A DNA stretch of 62,677 bases, counting the filler, from Rhabdomonas costata (lineage: Eukaryota): the NCBI GenBank assembly GCA_019059605.1. It is 24 parts of 24 records of this genome, joined end to end, with 100 filler letters (N's around TTAATTAATTAA, not from the genome) between each part and the next. Parts side by side here need not be neighbours in the genome. Positions count along the whole stretch, not along the records: positions 10,470 to 12,986 come from JAHMHO010003049.1; positions 13,087 to 15,604 come from JAHMHO010003050.1; positions 15,705 to 18,221 come from JAHMHO010003051.1; positions 18,322 to 20,838 come from JAHMHO010003052.1; positions 20,939 to 23,455 come from JAHMHO010003053.1; 19 more parts are not named here. One strand, written 5' to 3'. The number at the start of each line of letters is the position of its first letter. Position 1 is the first letter of the stretch. Shown here piece after piece: positions 12,479 to 23,555 of the stretch. A program made the translations under genes and the position numbers. The notes under the pieces are model-generated. The model worked only from the letters and a program-made list of their open reading frames with translations. It made no database searches and was not told the origin of the DNA.

Positions 12479-15400
12479 TGCAGAAGAGTCCAGTGATACC
12501 TTGTTAACAAACATTAAACCCATGAAACTCAATGCGAAGCAACCTGAGAGAGTAAGAGGGGGGGTGGTATGGAAAGAGGTTTGTTTGTCTGCTCGCCACG
12601 TGGGCACACCTCGCGCACCGACTTTCGGCGGGCACTGCCCCGCTTTCGAAGCGCAGAAGGCACGGACATCGATATTGAAAAAGATGGTGAAGGAAAGTAG
12701 CCAATTCAAAAAATTCTAGTGAGAAAAGGAAACAAACGGCAATTATAGCCATATTAACATCACCAACAAACTCAGCAAAGGAGCTACGCCCTTTCTAAAG
12801 GTGCGACGGCATCCATCAGCACAGTGACTTGCTCAATTCCCCCTCCAAAGCACAACACCACGCCAGCCTTGGAGAAGAATAATCCGAGGTGGCGGTGGCG
12901 GGGTTTTGTTTATTTTGAATGATATTCAAAAACAATTGTGTTCGGGAGACAATGGCACCTGTTGACCGGATCTCACACGGGCTCAANNNNNNNNNNNNNN
13001 NNNNNNNNNNNNNNNNNNNNNNNNNNNNNNTTAATTAATTAANNNNNNNNNNNNNNNNNNNNNNNNNNNNNNNNNNNNNNNNNNNNAGGATTACCACCAA
13101 GTAACTTTTTTGTGTCGTTGCCACCCGCTCATCAGCGTGTACTTGTATTTTGCTTCTTTTTTCATCAATTTTGGCCTAAAACCCATCGTTTTATCCCTGA
13201 CTTTGGCCTTTTTAGCTGGAAAAAGCCGATTTGGGCACTTTTGCAGTTGCTGTGCAAAGTACACGTGCCCCCATTCACCATGTATCAATGTTGTTTCACA
13301 ATGGGACACCCAGCCTACCATAAAAGTCAACATTGACCCAATGGGGGAAAAGGGGTAGCGGTTTGAGCTGGGTAATTATTGACCCTAAAAAGTGCGTTTT
13401 AAAATCGAGCTCTGTCAGTTACGACATTTTTATCACCTCATTTTCCAGACTGCCACAAAAGGTTAGTGGTCAATAATAATAGACATTATGCGACAAAACG
13501 TTGGGCGCGCGCGCTCACATACAACACGCTTGTCCGTATAGATATCACAAAACACTAATTGATCAAGTTTTTAATAAAATAAGTCCGTTTGCAGTTAAAA
13601 TATGGGGGGCATTGACAAAGCAGTTTGTTTTGGACGATGTTTCATGGAGTAAGGCAAGATAGCTGTTGCACCTGACTTGCATTGTCAATACCATGGTGGT
13701 GCCACCAGCTGAGTTGCCACAACCAGTGGATTCCAATTGTGCCAGTTTTTATCAGGCTTTAAATTAGAATAAATGGGCGAGCGATGTAATGAATCATGGA
13801 GCCTGTTTCCACCCTGAAAAAACTTGAATATAGAAAATTTGGAATTTTATTGTTTTTTGAATTGACGAGTAATCTTTTTTGAGACTTTTGATATGCCTTT
13901 ATTGTACTTGACGATATTATTCTGATCACCAATCCTAAATCAGTGATATTATATCAATACGAGGAATGATGCACGGAGTATAGTTGGTTTTTGACATAAG
14001 CAACGGTTAAGTTGTCGTGGAAAAGCGGGAGAAAATTAATAGCATTTAGCGTGTTGTACTGTGCATTTAGGTAGCTCCAGCAGCGGAACTTTTACAAACA
14101 AGCTGAGAATGCTTAGCTAACAATAAGGTTGCCGTCCAGGTTTGACAAAACCAGCATTTGCGTATTTTGACAGCTCTAAATGAGGAAGATGTTTCTTAAA
14201 AACGGTTTGTTTGTTTTCACCAGCGGGTAGTTTCTTGCATGCTTGGTGTACAGATTCAGAGGGGCCAATGTGCACAACCTGTTCGCTGGGGTCCTTGGAT
14301 TTTGTTTGCTGTATTTGAATTTTTGACTGGATAAAAACTGCTATTAATGCCGACCACACCATTTACTCGCATTGACATATTTGTCATATATTGTGTTATA
14401 CCATACGTGTCAAATGACCGTAAAATAGGATGCTAAAGAAGGCAAAATTCAAAGATTTCGAGAACGTGATAGATTAGAAAAGACGTATCAAGAAGTTTCA
14501 GGCAATTTTTGTCATTTTGTATACCATTTGTTGATTTGCTCACACATAAATGCCGCACTGGTGCGGATCAGTTCACAAGTTGTTTTGAAGTAGAAATTGT
14601 ACTGTAAGGTTGATATCACACTTCTATTATTCTTGACCACACTAGCCATTGAACTGAATGAAATGCATCCTTGAGCTGAACTGTTGCAGGTGTTGATATA
14701 AGAGATTTGGTAAAGTCTAGTGAGATCAGTGAGGTTCCGATGTTAAATGTCAAGGTGAATGCACGCGTGTTAAAGTTGCAAAGAGACACCAGAACTGAGG
14801 CTCAAAAGCATGGATTTTAAAAACGTTTCTATCTAGATTGGAATACACTTTCAAATAGCTGACATGTGATGACTAAGATGTGGCAAGTGATCGTTGTATA
14901 AGCAAGCGCTAAGAATTGAGAAAAGAATGTACAGAGTGAAGGTCGGGGACGACATTGCCTGAGAGCGAAGCTGTAGATAAAGCTGCTAAAGAGAGTTCTT
15001 ATCCATTATCGGCTGGAGATTTTGATAAGAAGTGTGCGTGAAATACTGGTAACATACCTGGAGGGCATGAAATGATAGCAGAACTAGGAGAAGCAAAAGA
15101 GTGTTTGTTGATAGGACCACCCACACGGGAAACTCAGGGAGAAGACGTGGATGTACCAGAGCAAAAGCAAAACGATGAAAACGAAGAGAATGTAGCGCAT
15201 AAAACTTTGCAGGAAAAAGTTGGAAAAAAAACCACGTTGCAGAGTCAAAATAAAAATGTTAAAATGTAATGAAAAGATCTGGGTAAATATACAGAAAGTC
15301 GACAGCAGTTAGGTCACGGAATCCTCAAAGATCGAAGTGTCGTAGCGAGTGAAAAGCAATACGAGCAGACAGGAGTCTTGAGTTTCACGCTTGGATGGTG

Positions 15401-16280
15401 TGTTTTTGTGCGATGTTTTTAAACAAGAGAGTTGCTGTAAAATCCTAGATCAGGAGAAGAGTTTCGAAAATGTCCGAATTCACTTAAAGTTGGCTAATTA
15501 AAGGTACCGCTATGTACACACTGACACTGTTTTAAACATATTTGGACCAGTTTTCTTTTTCAGCGTTGTTCATTTGCAGTGTTAAAGTTCTGTGCATACA
15601 AAAGNNNNNNNNNNNNNNNNNNNNNNNNNNNNNNNNNNNNNNNNNNNNTTAATTAATTAANNNNNNNNNNNNNNNNNNNNNNNNNNNNNNNNNNNNNNNN
15701 NNNNCCGGATCCCCCCGCCTCTTACCTCAGAAGCAGGGCAGGCTTCACCGGTTGAAGCTTCTGCTGATGGGCTGCAGAAAGAGAGTCTCGGGGGCATAAA
15801 GGGGCAAAGGCGCCTCTGAAGCTTCCCGTTCACCAAAAAAAATTCTTTGAGGTAGCATTCTGCCCGAAGCGCTTTACGTTCCTTTCTTTCTGTTTTTTGT
15901 CCTTCATGCTCTCACTTCTCTTGTTGCCCCTTTTCTTTACCAACACGCCAACCCCACCGCCCCAACGCTCGGGGCTCCTCGGGACTGACTTGGAAGACAA
16001 CTTGCTGAAGCCCATGTATCCGTTCGTGATGCAAACCTGGATAGCATAGCTCTCTTTGGTTGACATCTACGGAGTGGATACACGGACGCCACACACATTC
16101 ACAGCACAAGAGTCCTTCACAATTTGCACACAACCCCTTTTTCATTTTGCCTGAGAACTACCCTTTGCCCTTTTGTGTATTGCAATTCACTTATGTTCCT
16201 GGAGGAGTTCACCTGGAGTTCACCTGCACCCTGGTTCAGTTCCTCCCTTGAGCTTCTTTTCAGCCTCTCTTAACGCTCAG

Positions 16281-18109
16281 ATGCCGCTCAACACGCTCGT
16301 ACCAGTAGAAATGCAGCAGCCCGTTTGGGTGGGGCAGTGCCCGCTGCCGCAACTCTCCGCTGCAGTTGGCTTGACCGGGAATCAGTTCTTCCTGAGCTTT
16401 GTTGAGGCTGCAGGCAACACGTGCACAGGTTTTTATATGGCGAAGGAGAACCCGTCTACAATACCAGGGTTTCATGGGGTGCGTTGGTACGGTGGGTGTG
16501 TGTGCATCGGTGTTCTCCTTAAGTCTAATTCCTGCGATTGGGTGGAAACGCAGAGGAAAGTCTTTGCTGTGACCTTTTGATTCTGGAAAAAATCTGCTGT
16601 TTCAGAGGGATGAGGTGCAGTAAACTTCCATGTTCTGCGCTGCGGGCTTTTCACGTCACTCTCACTGTTCTCCACGACGGGAGAGTCTTTTCCTTTGATG
16701 ATGATGATTCCTCATCGGTGAATGTGGTTGGAAACCTCTTTCTTTTAAATTAATCTTGGGCACATGGCAGGCGTTCTTCTGGAAATGTCCTTTGCCGTTG
16801 TGCGGGGGCAGTTTTTTTGTGCGATTCCGGTCAAATGCCCAGAAACATGTAAGCACTCCCCTATAGATGGCAACAGACAGAAGTATTTTTGAATAGGTAT
16901 GAGTGTAGACAAGTTCCTTTCTTTAGATCCATTATTCATGGGGTGGGGACTTCTTGGCACTGACTCGTCTACGAATTTTCGAATTTTTCGAGAGAGAAAA
17001 CTTACGGGGCAAAAAAATTACGAAATTGTGGGCGAACCCTGTCCCGTTTTTCTTTTGGCACAGCCGGAGTGACGCTGGGGCAAACCGTGTATGGCGCCCT
17101 GATATCCGTCATCTCTTTGACGGTCAACCCAGTACAGATTTGGCCCCTGAGCAACACTACCTCCGCCTTCAACGGTGTGGGCACGCACGCACGCACGCAC
17201 CCCCCCCCCCCCCCCCCCACCCTATCTGCTTATCAGTTAAACGTTGCCGCAAAAAGGCCTGTTTTAACGCATGCGATGCGAAATGGCTGCACGGCTGTCA
17301 CGAAACACTGTCTTCCGAGTACACTGCACGCCCAGGGTTACGTCACGGTGAAAAAGGCCAGTATGCCCTGTGCAAACCATAAACACAGGTCTTTGGAACC
17401 TGCAGTTCACCAAATGCGTAGCACCCGTCGTTGTTGCTCGTGCATCGCGGTATTCGCCATTAAAATGGGCTTCCGACAAAGTGCGAACCTCTCACTGATG
17501 GCGTTGTGGTTGATGGCCCTGTATCCACTGTAAGAGTTGCTCAGTCATATTCTTTGCCTTCATATTTGTCGAGTTGTTTGGTTACTGTTGCGTGCCTCTG
17601 TGTGAGCAGCTTCGTTCTCTCGGCCCTCGATGGCGCTGGGCAACCCCCCGGAGTTCTTCGCAATGGCGTGGAGCCAGGACCAGCACGTCCGCCTGGTCGC
17701 GTTGCACTCCACGTTCTTCTCTGTCCTCCTGGCCTCCGAGGTCGAGCGTGTACCCTATGTGCATCACGTACTTAAGTGAAAAGGTTCCAGTTTTTTCCGC
17801 TGAGGCTGGTTTAAATACACCATCTCCATGTTGCATCACATGGCAGCACTTCAGATTGGCGGCGGCAGTTGGGTGGTGGGGGACTTTTGGTTTGGGTGAC
17901 TGGGACAGTGTGACTTGCAGGCCATGTCATGTGCCCGTGCCCCCCCCACACACACACTTCGGGTTTTCTCCTTGCACGCACCTCTCCTTGCAAAGGAAAC
18001 GCCCCGTTTCTCCAGTTCCCAGGGTTTCGTGGCGTTGTTACGTGCACACCCACTCCAGTTCTTCCTCACTTCTCCGTTCCTCGGCACCGTGCTGGACTTT
18101 AGACGCTGA
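16281..18109 (+). CDS. Hypothetical protein, four exons (16281-16413, 17064-17174, 17610-17749, 18023-18109)
   Basis: Phase-consistent chain MPLNTLVPVEM...FVEAA/AGVTLGQTVYGALISV...AFN/ASFSRPSMALGNPPEFFAMAW...EVER/GFVALLRAHP...DFRR*. The first donor would be GC. Confidence 0.5.
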
Positions 18110-18321
18110 ATTGTGAACTGCACTGTCCTGTTGATGCAAAAATACTCGAATTAGGACGTACTGTGAGGCAGGAAGAGATGCGTGAGAGCGCGGACCCAGC
18201 ACATCCTGGCCCAAAACAAAANNNNNNNNNNNNNNNNNNNNNNNNNNNNNNNNNNNNNNNNNNNNTTAATTAATTAANNNNNNNNNNNNNNNNNNNNNNN
18301 NNNNNNNNNNNNNNNNNNNNN

Positions 18322-18590
18322 TTTTGTGGTTGAGATTGAATTGATTGTATTTGTTGACTATTTTCGATGAGTTGTTTACTTTTTTTATTTATTTTTTGTG
18401 TAGTTGCTTTATTATTTAATTTACTAGATTGTGCAGATACTTTTTTAATAATTTTATCTGCTTTTGCATTTAATTGTTGAACTTCAGATTTTCCATCTAT
18501 TTTTGACGGCTTTTTACTTGTTGTTGTTGTTTGATCAGTACGTAATAACAATTTACAAGGAGTAGTAAAATCTATACGTGTAGTACTCAT
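18322..18590 (-). CDS. Hypothetical K/Q/S/T-rich viral-type protein, truncated by the contig end
   Basis: ATG at 18590 opens a frame running to the contig edge, with AT-rich codon usage. Confidence 0.6.
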
Positions 18591-18653
18591 TATATATTTA
18601 TTATAGGTTTTATTGGTATTAGTGACATGTATTTTATATATCTTGATTATAAA

Positions 18654-18661
18654 AAAATTGA
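18654..18661 (+). promoter_or_regulatory. AAAATTGA Mimiviridae-type early promoter motif
   Basis: Exact octamer about 110 nt upstream of ATG 18770, in an AT-rich intergenic region. Confidence 0.7.
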
Positions 18662-18769
18662 AATAATTAATTATTGATTGTTATTTCTTCTATAAATAAA
18701 TCAACTATAACAGCTACAAATCTTCAGCAATCTACAAATCTTGCGATCTAGAGATCTTCAAAAAAAAGA

Positions 18770-19339
18770 ATGTCTTCGACACAGCCGGCATCTTGGAGAA
18801 CATCACATATGTCTACTTATCATGCATCTAGGAACACAATGACACCGACAAACAAATCAACTTTTAGACCATTTGCAAACTTTCGAAATGACAATTGCAC
18901 GAACTGCGGTCGTTTTTGTGAAAAAAAAGATGTTACACTTTGTAATATCTGTTACACGGAATTACTCAAGAAACGACAAACAGAATCAGTTTGTGCGAAC
19001 TGTAAAAGACCGAAAAGTTTGAAAGCACTTCATCAACGTTATTGTGTTTCATGTTCAAGTGCTTACATCTTCAAGAAGTATCAAGAACAATCATGGGACA
19101 CAACTAAAATTAAGGTTGAAGACCTTAATAAGATGTTCAATATTCTTATTTATGTGTGTTTCAATGACTGTTCAGTGACAGTTGAAGATTGGCTGATCTT
19201 GGCAACAAAAATGAAGATCGAAATGACAGATATACAAAAAATAGCTGAACACAAAAAACAGTGTGCTTTATCTTCTCAGCACGATCAAGAAGTGAAAATG
19301 TACAATGATTTCCTGGCCTGCATTGTTTGCTTTGAATAA
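18770..19339 (+). CDS. Viral-type protein with four CxxC pairs (double zinc ribbon-like), 189 aa
   Basis: Intronless ORF containing CTNC, CNIC, CANC and YCVSC, followed by a helical C-terminal region. Confidence 0.8.
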   Translation: MSSTQPASWRTSHMSTYHASRNTMTPTNKSTFRPFANFRNDNCTNCGRFCEKKDVTLCNICYTELLKKRQTESVCANCKRPKSLKALHQRYCVSCSSAYIFKKYQEQSWDTTKIKVEDLNKMFNILIYVCFNDCSVTVEDWLILATKMKIEMTDIQKIAEHKKQCALSSQHDQEVKMYNDFLACIVCFE

Positions 19340-19400
19340 GCTCATAGCCATTGGCTATAATATTTTTTTAATTTCTTATTTTGTAATAAATTAAAAAATA

Positions 19401-19408
19401 AAAATTGA
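19401..19408 (+). promoter_or_regulatory. AAAATTGA early promoter motif
   Basis: Exact octamer about 90 nt upstream of ATG 19498. Confidence 0.7.
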
Positions 19409-19497
19409 AAGAAGTAACACCTGTATATCTCATGTATACTGTAATATTAGAGTATGACCGATAAGCTCATTCGATCTTTACTACAATTTGCAAAAGC

Positions 19498-19854
19498 ATG
19501 GCCCAGATCTGCGAAGCATGCCTCAAGCGGAATGCTGTGGAGAACTACACATTTTGCTTTGTCTGTTTCGCAAAACGTCGCCTGTCAAAGAAACAAATCA
19601 GACAAGACAAGGCCTGCGTAAAATGCGGCCAGACAAAGACAGGGACAGCGGAAGGCAGTCCTTACTGTGTTGACTGCGCAGTAATCCATCAGTTCTCGGA
19701 GCTGATGAAGCGGCCAGTCATCAGGCTACTTGAACAGGCTGACATTGTCAGCTTGTTCAAATTTTTCGCATTGACATGTTGTCGGATGAATCAACACATT
19801 CAGACACTGTCAACAACAAAAACAACATTTTTACATATTTCTATAACACGATAA
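19498..19854 (+). CDS. Paralog of 18770-19339 with four CxxC pairs, 118 aa, possibly C-terminally truncated
   Basis: CEAC, CFVC, CVKC and YCVDC have similar spacing to the upstream gene, and ADIVSLFKFFALTCC aligns with EDLNKMFNILIYVCF. Confidence 0.7.
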   Translation: MAQICEACLKRNAVENYTFCFVCFAKRRLSKKQIRQDKACVKCGQTKTGTAEGSPYCVDCAVIHQFSELMKRPVIRLLEQADIVSLFKFFALTCCRMNQHIQTLSTTKTTFLHISITR

Positions 19855-20639
19855 TATACTTCTATAGCAGTAGTATATCTCTTTAATTTTTTATATAGAT
19901 TTCCCAATTTACTTAGTAATGTACAATCTTCACTTTGTAAGCATACATTTTTTACAACATTAAGACGATGATCTATTATTTCTGTTTCCAAAACACAATC
20001 TATATAATAATTTGATATTGATCTATCATGTAAATGTTGTGAACTTATCAATTCCAATGCTTCTATGTATTTACCACAGTACAATACATATGACATAAGA
20101 ATCACACCAAGTTGTTTTGTTTTTAGACCTAAATGATCTTCAAGAAATTGTTTTAATTGTCTATCATAATATGTATCAAGATACAAATTTGTTAAATCTA
20201 ATAATTTTGATTTGTAATGTACTTTATTACATTGTGTAATTTCATAACAAACCATGTCGATTAAAGATAAATGTGCAGGCCAATAATTATGCATTATACG
20301 ACTAATAATTGTTTTGTATATAAAACTATTTTCATTAAAAAGAATATCTTGTACACCATTTTTTGTGCATATATCTACACATTTTTCCCATTTTTGATCA
20401 TTGATATGCAATTCATAACACATTATTCCTTTTTTATAAGAAAGATCACAAATGTCTATTATCTGTTTTACAAGATATTTAAAATGTTTATTAACATACG
20501 TTTTCATAAAATTTTCATTACTAAATATTTTATAGAATTTGTGATTGACAAGTGACAACTGTAATATTGATTCAAAATTAAAATATACATAGAATGGTGA
20601 ATTATAATATTGACCAAATAAATTCAATAATGTGTTCAT
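19800..20639 (-). CDS. F-box-like N-terminus plus C-terminal TPR protein (viral type). Likely start 20639, although the ORF extends to 20687.
   Basis: YFNFESILQLSLVNHKFYKIFSNENFMKTYVNKHF is F-box-like and LLSKLGNLYKKLKRYTTAIEVYYRVIEI is TPR-like. AAAATTGA lies 55 nt upstream on the minus strand. Confidence 0.75.
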   Translation of the reverse strand: MNTLLNLFGQYYNSPFYVYFNFESILQLSLVNHKFYKIFSNENFMKTYVNKHFKYLVKQIIDICDLSYKKGIMCYELHINDQKWEKCVDICTKNGVQDILFNENSFIYKTIISRIMHNYWPAHLSLIDMVCYEITQCNKVHYKSKLLDLTNLYLDTYYDRQLKQFLEDHLGLKTKQLGVILMSYVLYCGKYIEALELISSQHLHDRSISNYYIDCVLETEIIDHRLNVVKNVCLQSEDCTLLSKLGNLYKKLKRYTTAIEVYYRVIEICKNVVFVVDSV

Positions 20640-20656
20640 TGTTGATAATGATTGTA

Positions 20657-20833
20657 TTTTTATATTTATATTACTTTTAAAATACATTAAAAAATCAATT
20701 TTTATTTTTTTTTTAAATTCTAAAAATTTGTTATAATGAGTTGTGAAATTAGGATTTTATAAATTTTTAGAATTTAAAAAAGAAATAAAAATTGATTTTT
20801 TAATGTATTTTAAAAGTAATATAAATATAAAAA
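20657..20833. repeat. 73-bp inverted repeat (one mismatch) with a 31-nt spacer
   Basis: 20657-20729 is the reverse complement of 20761-20833 except at one base. Confidence 0.95.
20695..20702 (-). promoter_or_regulatory. AAAATTGA early promoter motif (mirror copy on + strand at 20788-20795)
   Basis: TCAATTTT on the + strand upstream of the F-box gene. Confidence 0.65.
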
Positions 20834-21332
20834 CACCCNNNNNNNNNNNNNNNNNNNNNNNNNNNNNNNNNNNNNNNNNNNNTTAATTAATTAANNNNNN
20901 NNNNNNNNNNNNNNNNNNNNNNNNNNNNNNNNNNNNNNTTTGGGGTCTTTCACGCTTGTTGCATGTTGGGAGTATAACTGCTTGCTGCTGGTGCTTGGTG
21001 GGAATATCACTTTATGGCAGCTAAAAAACGCTGTGGCGCAGAATAAGAATAACGTTTCTTGTTGCGGTTGTCTTCACTATGGGGGGGGGGGACAACCCAG
21101 GCCACTGGAATCCAGGAAACATGTGTATCGCACCACCCTTCCACCCTCCCTCCCTTAAGCCGGTTGGAATCAGGGATCATTGGCACACGCACGCACATTG
21201 GGTTTAAGCCCTAACACATTATTCGTCGTGGCATGTAGGTATGTCGGTATGTCGGAATGTACTTTACCACAGATAAAGTGGCACAACCAACGCCGACCCC
21301 TCCCTCCCACTCGCTTTTTTCTCGGCACTCAC

Positions 21333-22312
21333 CTGCACGGCCCAACTGTAGCTCAGGTCGGCCGAGCTGGGGCTGGCCGTCGCCACCGCGACCACACTTT
21401 GCCCAACAGGAACACTTCCGCAGGTCGCCGAGAGCGTCGTGGCAGTCGACAGCTTCGCGTCCACCGCCAGCGGCGTGGTGGTGGTACTGGTGGTGTTGGA
21501 CAGGGACAGCACATACACCGTGGCCGTGGTGGTAGCCGTGGGGGCAGAAGTTCGGGTAAGGCGTAGGGTGAAGCGGTGCCACCCGGGGGACAGTGGGGAG
21601 GCTGCCGTGAACGGCAGCTGCAGCACCGCACGGGAGCCCATCACGGACAAGTTGGCTGTGGGGGAGCAGAAGAAGAGGAGGAAGTAGCAGAAGGCTGGGA
21701 AGGTGTGATTGGTGTCCTGGGATCCTTGGCCCTTGGGCCGATCAGAATTTCCACTGCAATTACGAAGCCGGTGTGGGGCGACCTGGTACATTGCTTCCAT
21801 GAATGAGTGAGTGAGTGAAAGTTAGTTACTCCTTGAGGGAGATTTTGTTCATGAGTTGCTGTGATAGGCGATGGCTACCAACAGGGCTGCACAGCAGGCC
21901 CCATTGACTGCCGGATGGTATTGAGACAGACAGACTGACACAGAATACCCGCGCTTGACCGAACAAACGCCAACGGTCAATGTTTTCGGAGCCACGTTAG
22001 CCTCCATGTCCACGAAAGAGACAGCGAAAGAGAGGCTGGGTGGCAGCGCCTCGTACCGGCAGAGAACATGGGGAAGTCCGCGGTGGCAGTAGCCACCAGG
22101 GTGGGGGTGCACCCCCCAATGGTGTCCGTGGGGTCGGGGAAGTTCCCCTCGAAGCAGTGTGACCACTGGAAGGCCAGAGCCGCGGTGGCGTTGGTGTTGG
22201 GGTCGGAGGAGGCGGAGGCGTTCAGGGTGAGGGTCTGGGAGCCTCGTACGGTGCGCTGGCCCGCCCCCGCAATCACCGCCACCGGGGGAAGCACCCCCAC
22301 GTCAACCGCGAC
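21333..22312 (-). CDS. PKD/REJ-domain protein, internal exons (22312-22057, 21655-21333)
   Basis: PPVAVIAGAGQRTVRGSQTLTLNASASSDPN...LAFQWSHC and ...DLSYSWAV are REJ/PKD-like repeats, joined by a phase-consistent GT-AG intron. Confidence 0.85.
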
Positions 22313-23555
22313 CTGGAGAGATAAGGAGCGGGGGGGCTTCGTGAGAATAAAAACTGAAGCAAATCGGATGTGGTCAGGAAAGGGGTCCTTCTTCCTCCGC
22401 TGCATCGAGCTCGTTTCGCCCATTGCGGATGATGAATGGTGGTGGTGCTCATTTTGAGTGGGTCACTGTAATGTGCGTCGCAGTGGCCATTTGGAGTGAA
22501 CATGGGCACAAGCACTGGAGAGAGGGAATTGCAGCTGCTTGGGAACAAAAGGGAGGCCAATGACCTCTGGATATTCAACACCAACGGCTATTGGTTCTAA
22601 ATACGGTAAACGAAAAAAGATAAGCAGAAAAAATAGGCGGGGCCTTTCATCTTTACTCTGCACACCAGAGGCAAAATTGAAGCACAAGTACATCTTCGTC
22701 GGACTTGGTGAAGCCTCTGCACCCCACCAAAATCCACAAAATTGTTTTTTGTCAACCTGAAACAGTTCGGTGCCATGCTCGTGTTTACGCATCAAAACGG
22801 GTCGGTCAAAGCCGTCGCTAACACCACCTGGTACTTGACCCAGGGTATAAAAGCTGAGATAAAGGAGAGTAGATTATCTTTTTGTTCACCTTCACGGTAA
22901 CACGTGAGTGTTGAATGAGGGTGGCAGGTCCGCCTCAAAGGGTTTTCTGTTTCCAGTCTGGTTCAATTTACTCTTTTTGAGGAGGACGAATATAAGCAAG
23001 CACGTTGCGCGTGAGATGATGGTTACTTCCTTCCTTCCAGGTTGAAAGCAGGCGCCGCAAGACCTCGGCTCGGGGACGCCGCAAGACAGTCTCCTCTGCC
23101 GCGTACGACGAGAAGGCTGCCCGAAATTTCAAGGCGGAGGTTCGCAAAAATATCCCCGCACCCCTCTTTGGCTCTTCCCGTCATATTGTGTTGCTCCTAA
23201 GCTGCCCTGCTTGTGAAACACAGAACAATGTTCGCAGTGCGGCTGGAAGCAGGCGAAGCAACAATATCGGTCAGTAACTTACAGAAAGAGAAGTAGAATG
23301 GTCATTGTCAACGAGAAACGTGCAAGCTGAGAATAAACCACAAAGAGCAAGAGGGGTCGTGCAGCCTCTTGAGGGAGTACCTCGACAGACAGCATGCGTC
23401 TTGTCCCTTTTTTTCCCCTCAGGTTATCCCGAAGAGCCCCCAGGAGCATCACAAANNNNNNNNNNNNNNNNNNNNNNNNNNNNNNNNNNNNNNNNNNNNT
23501 TAATTAATTAANNNNNNNNNNNNNNNNNNNNNNNNNNNNNNNNNNNNNNNNNNNN

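Larger units (their letters stand above)
18322..20838. mobile_element. Giant-virus (Nucleocytoviricota, Mimiviridae/Imitervirales-like) genome fragment
   Basis: Strongly AT-rich relative to all other contigs, with intronless densely packed ORFs, AAAATTGA upstream of three genes, and F-box+TPR and CxxC paralog genes. No hallmark core viral gene lies in the fragment. Confidence 0.7.
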
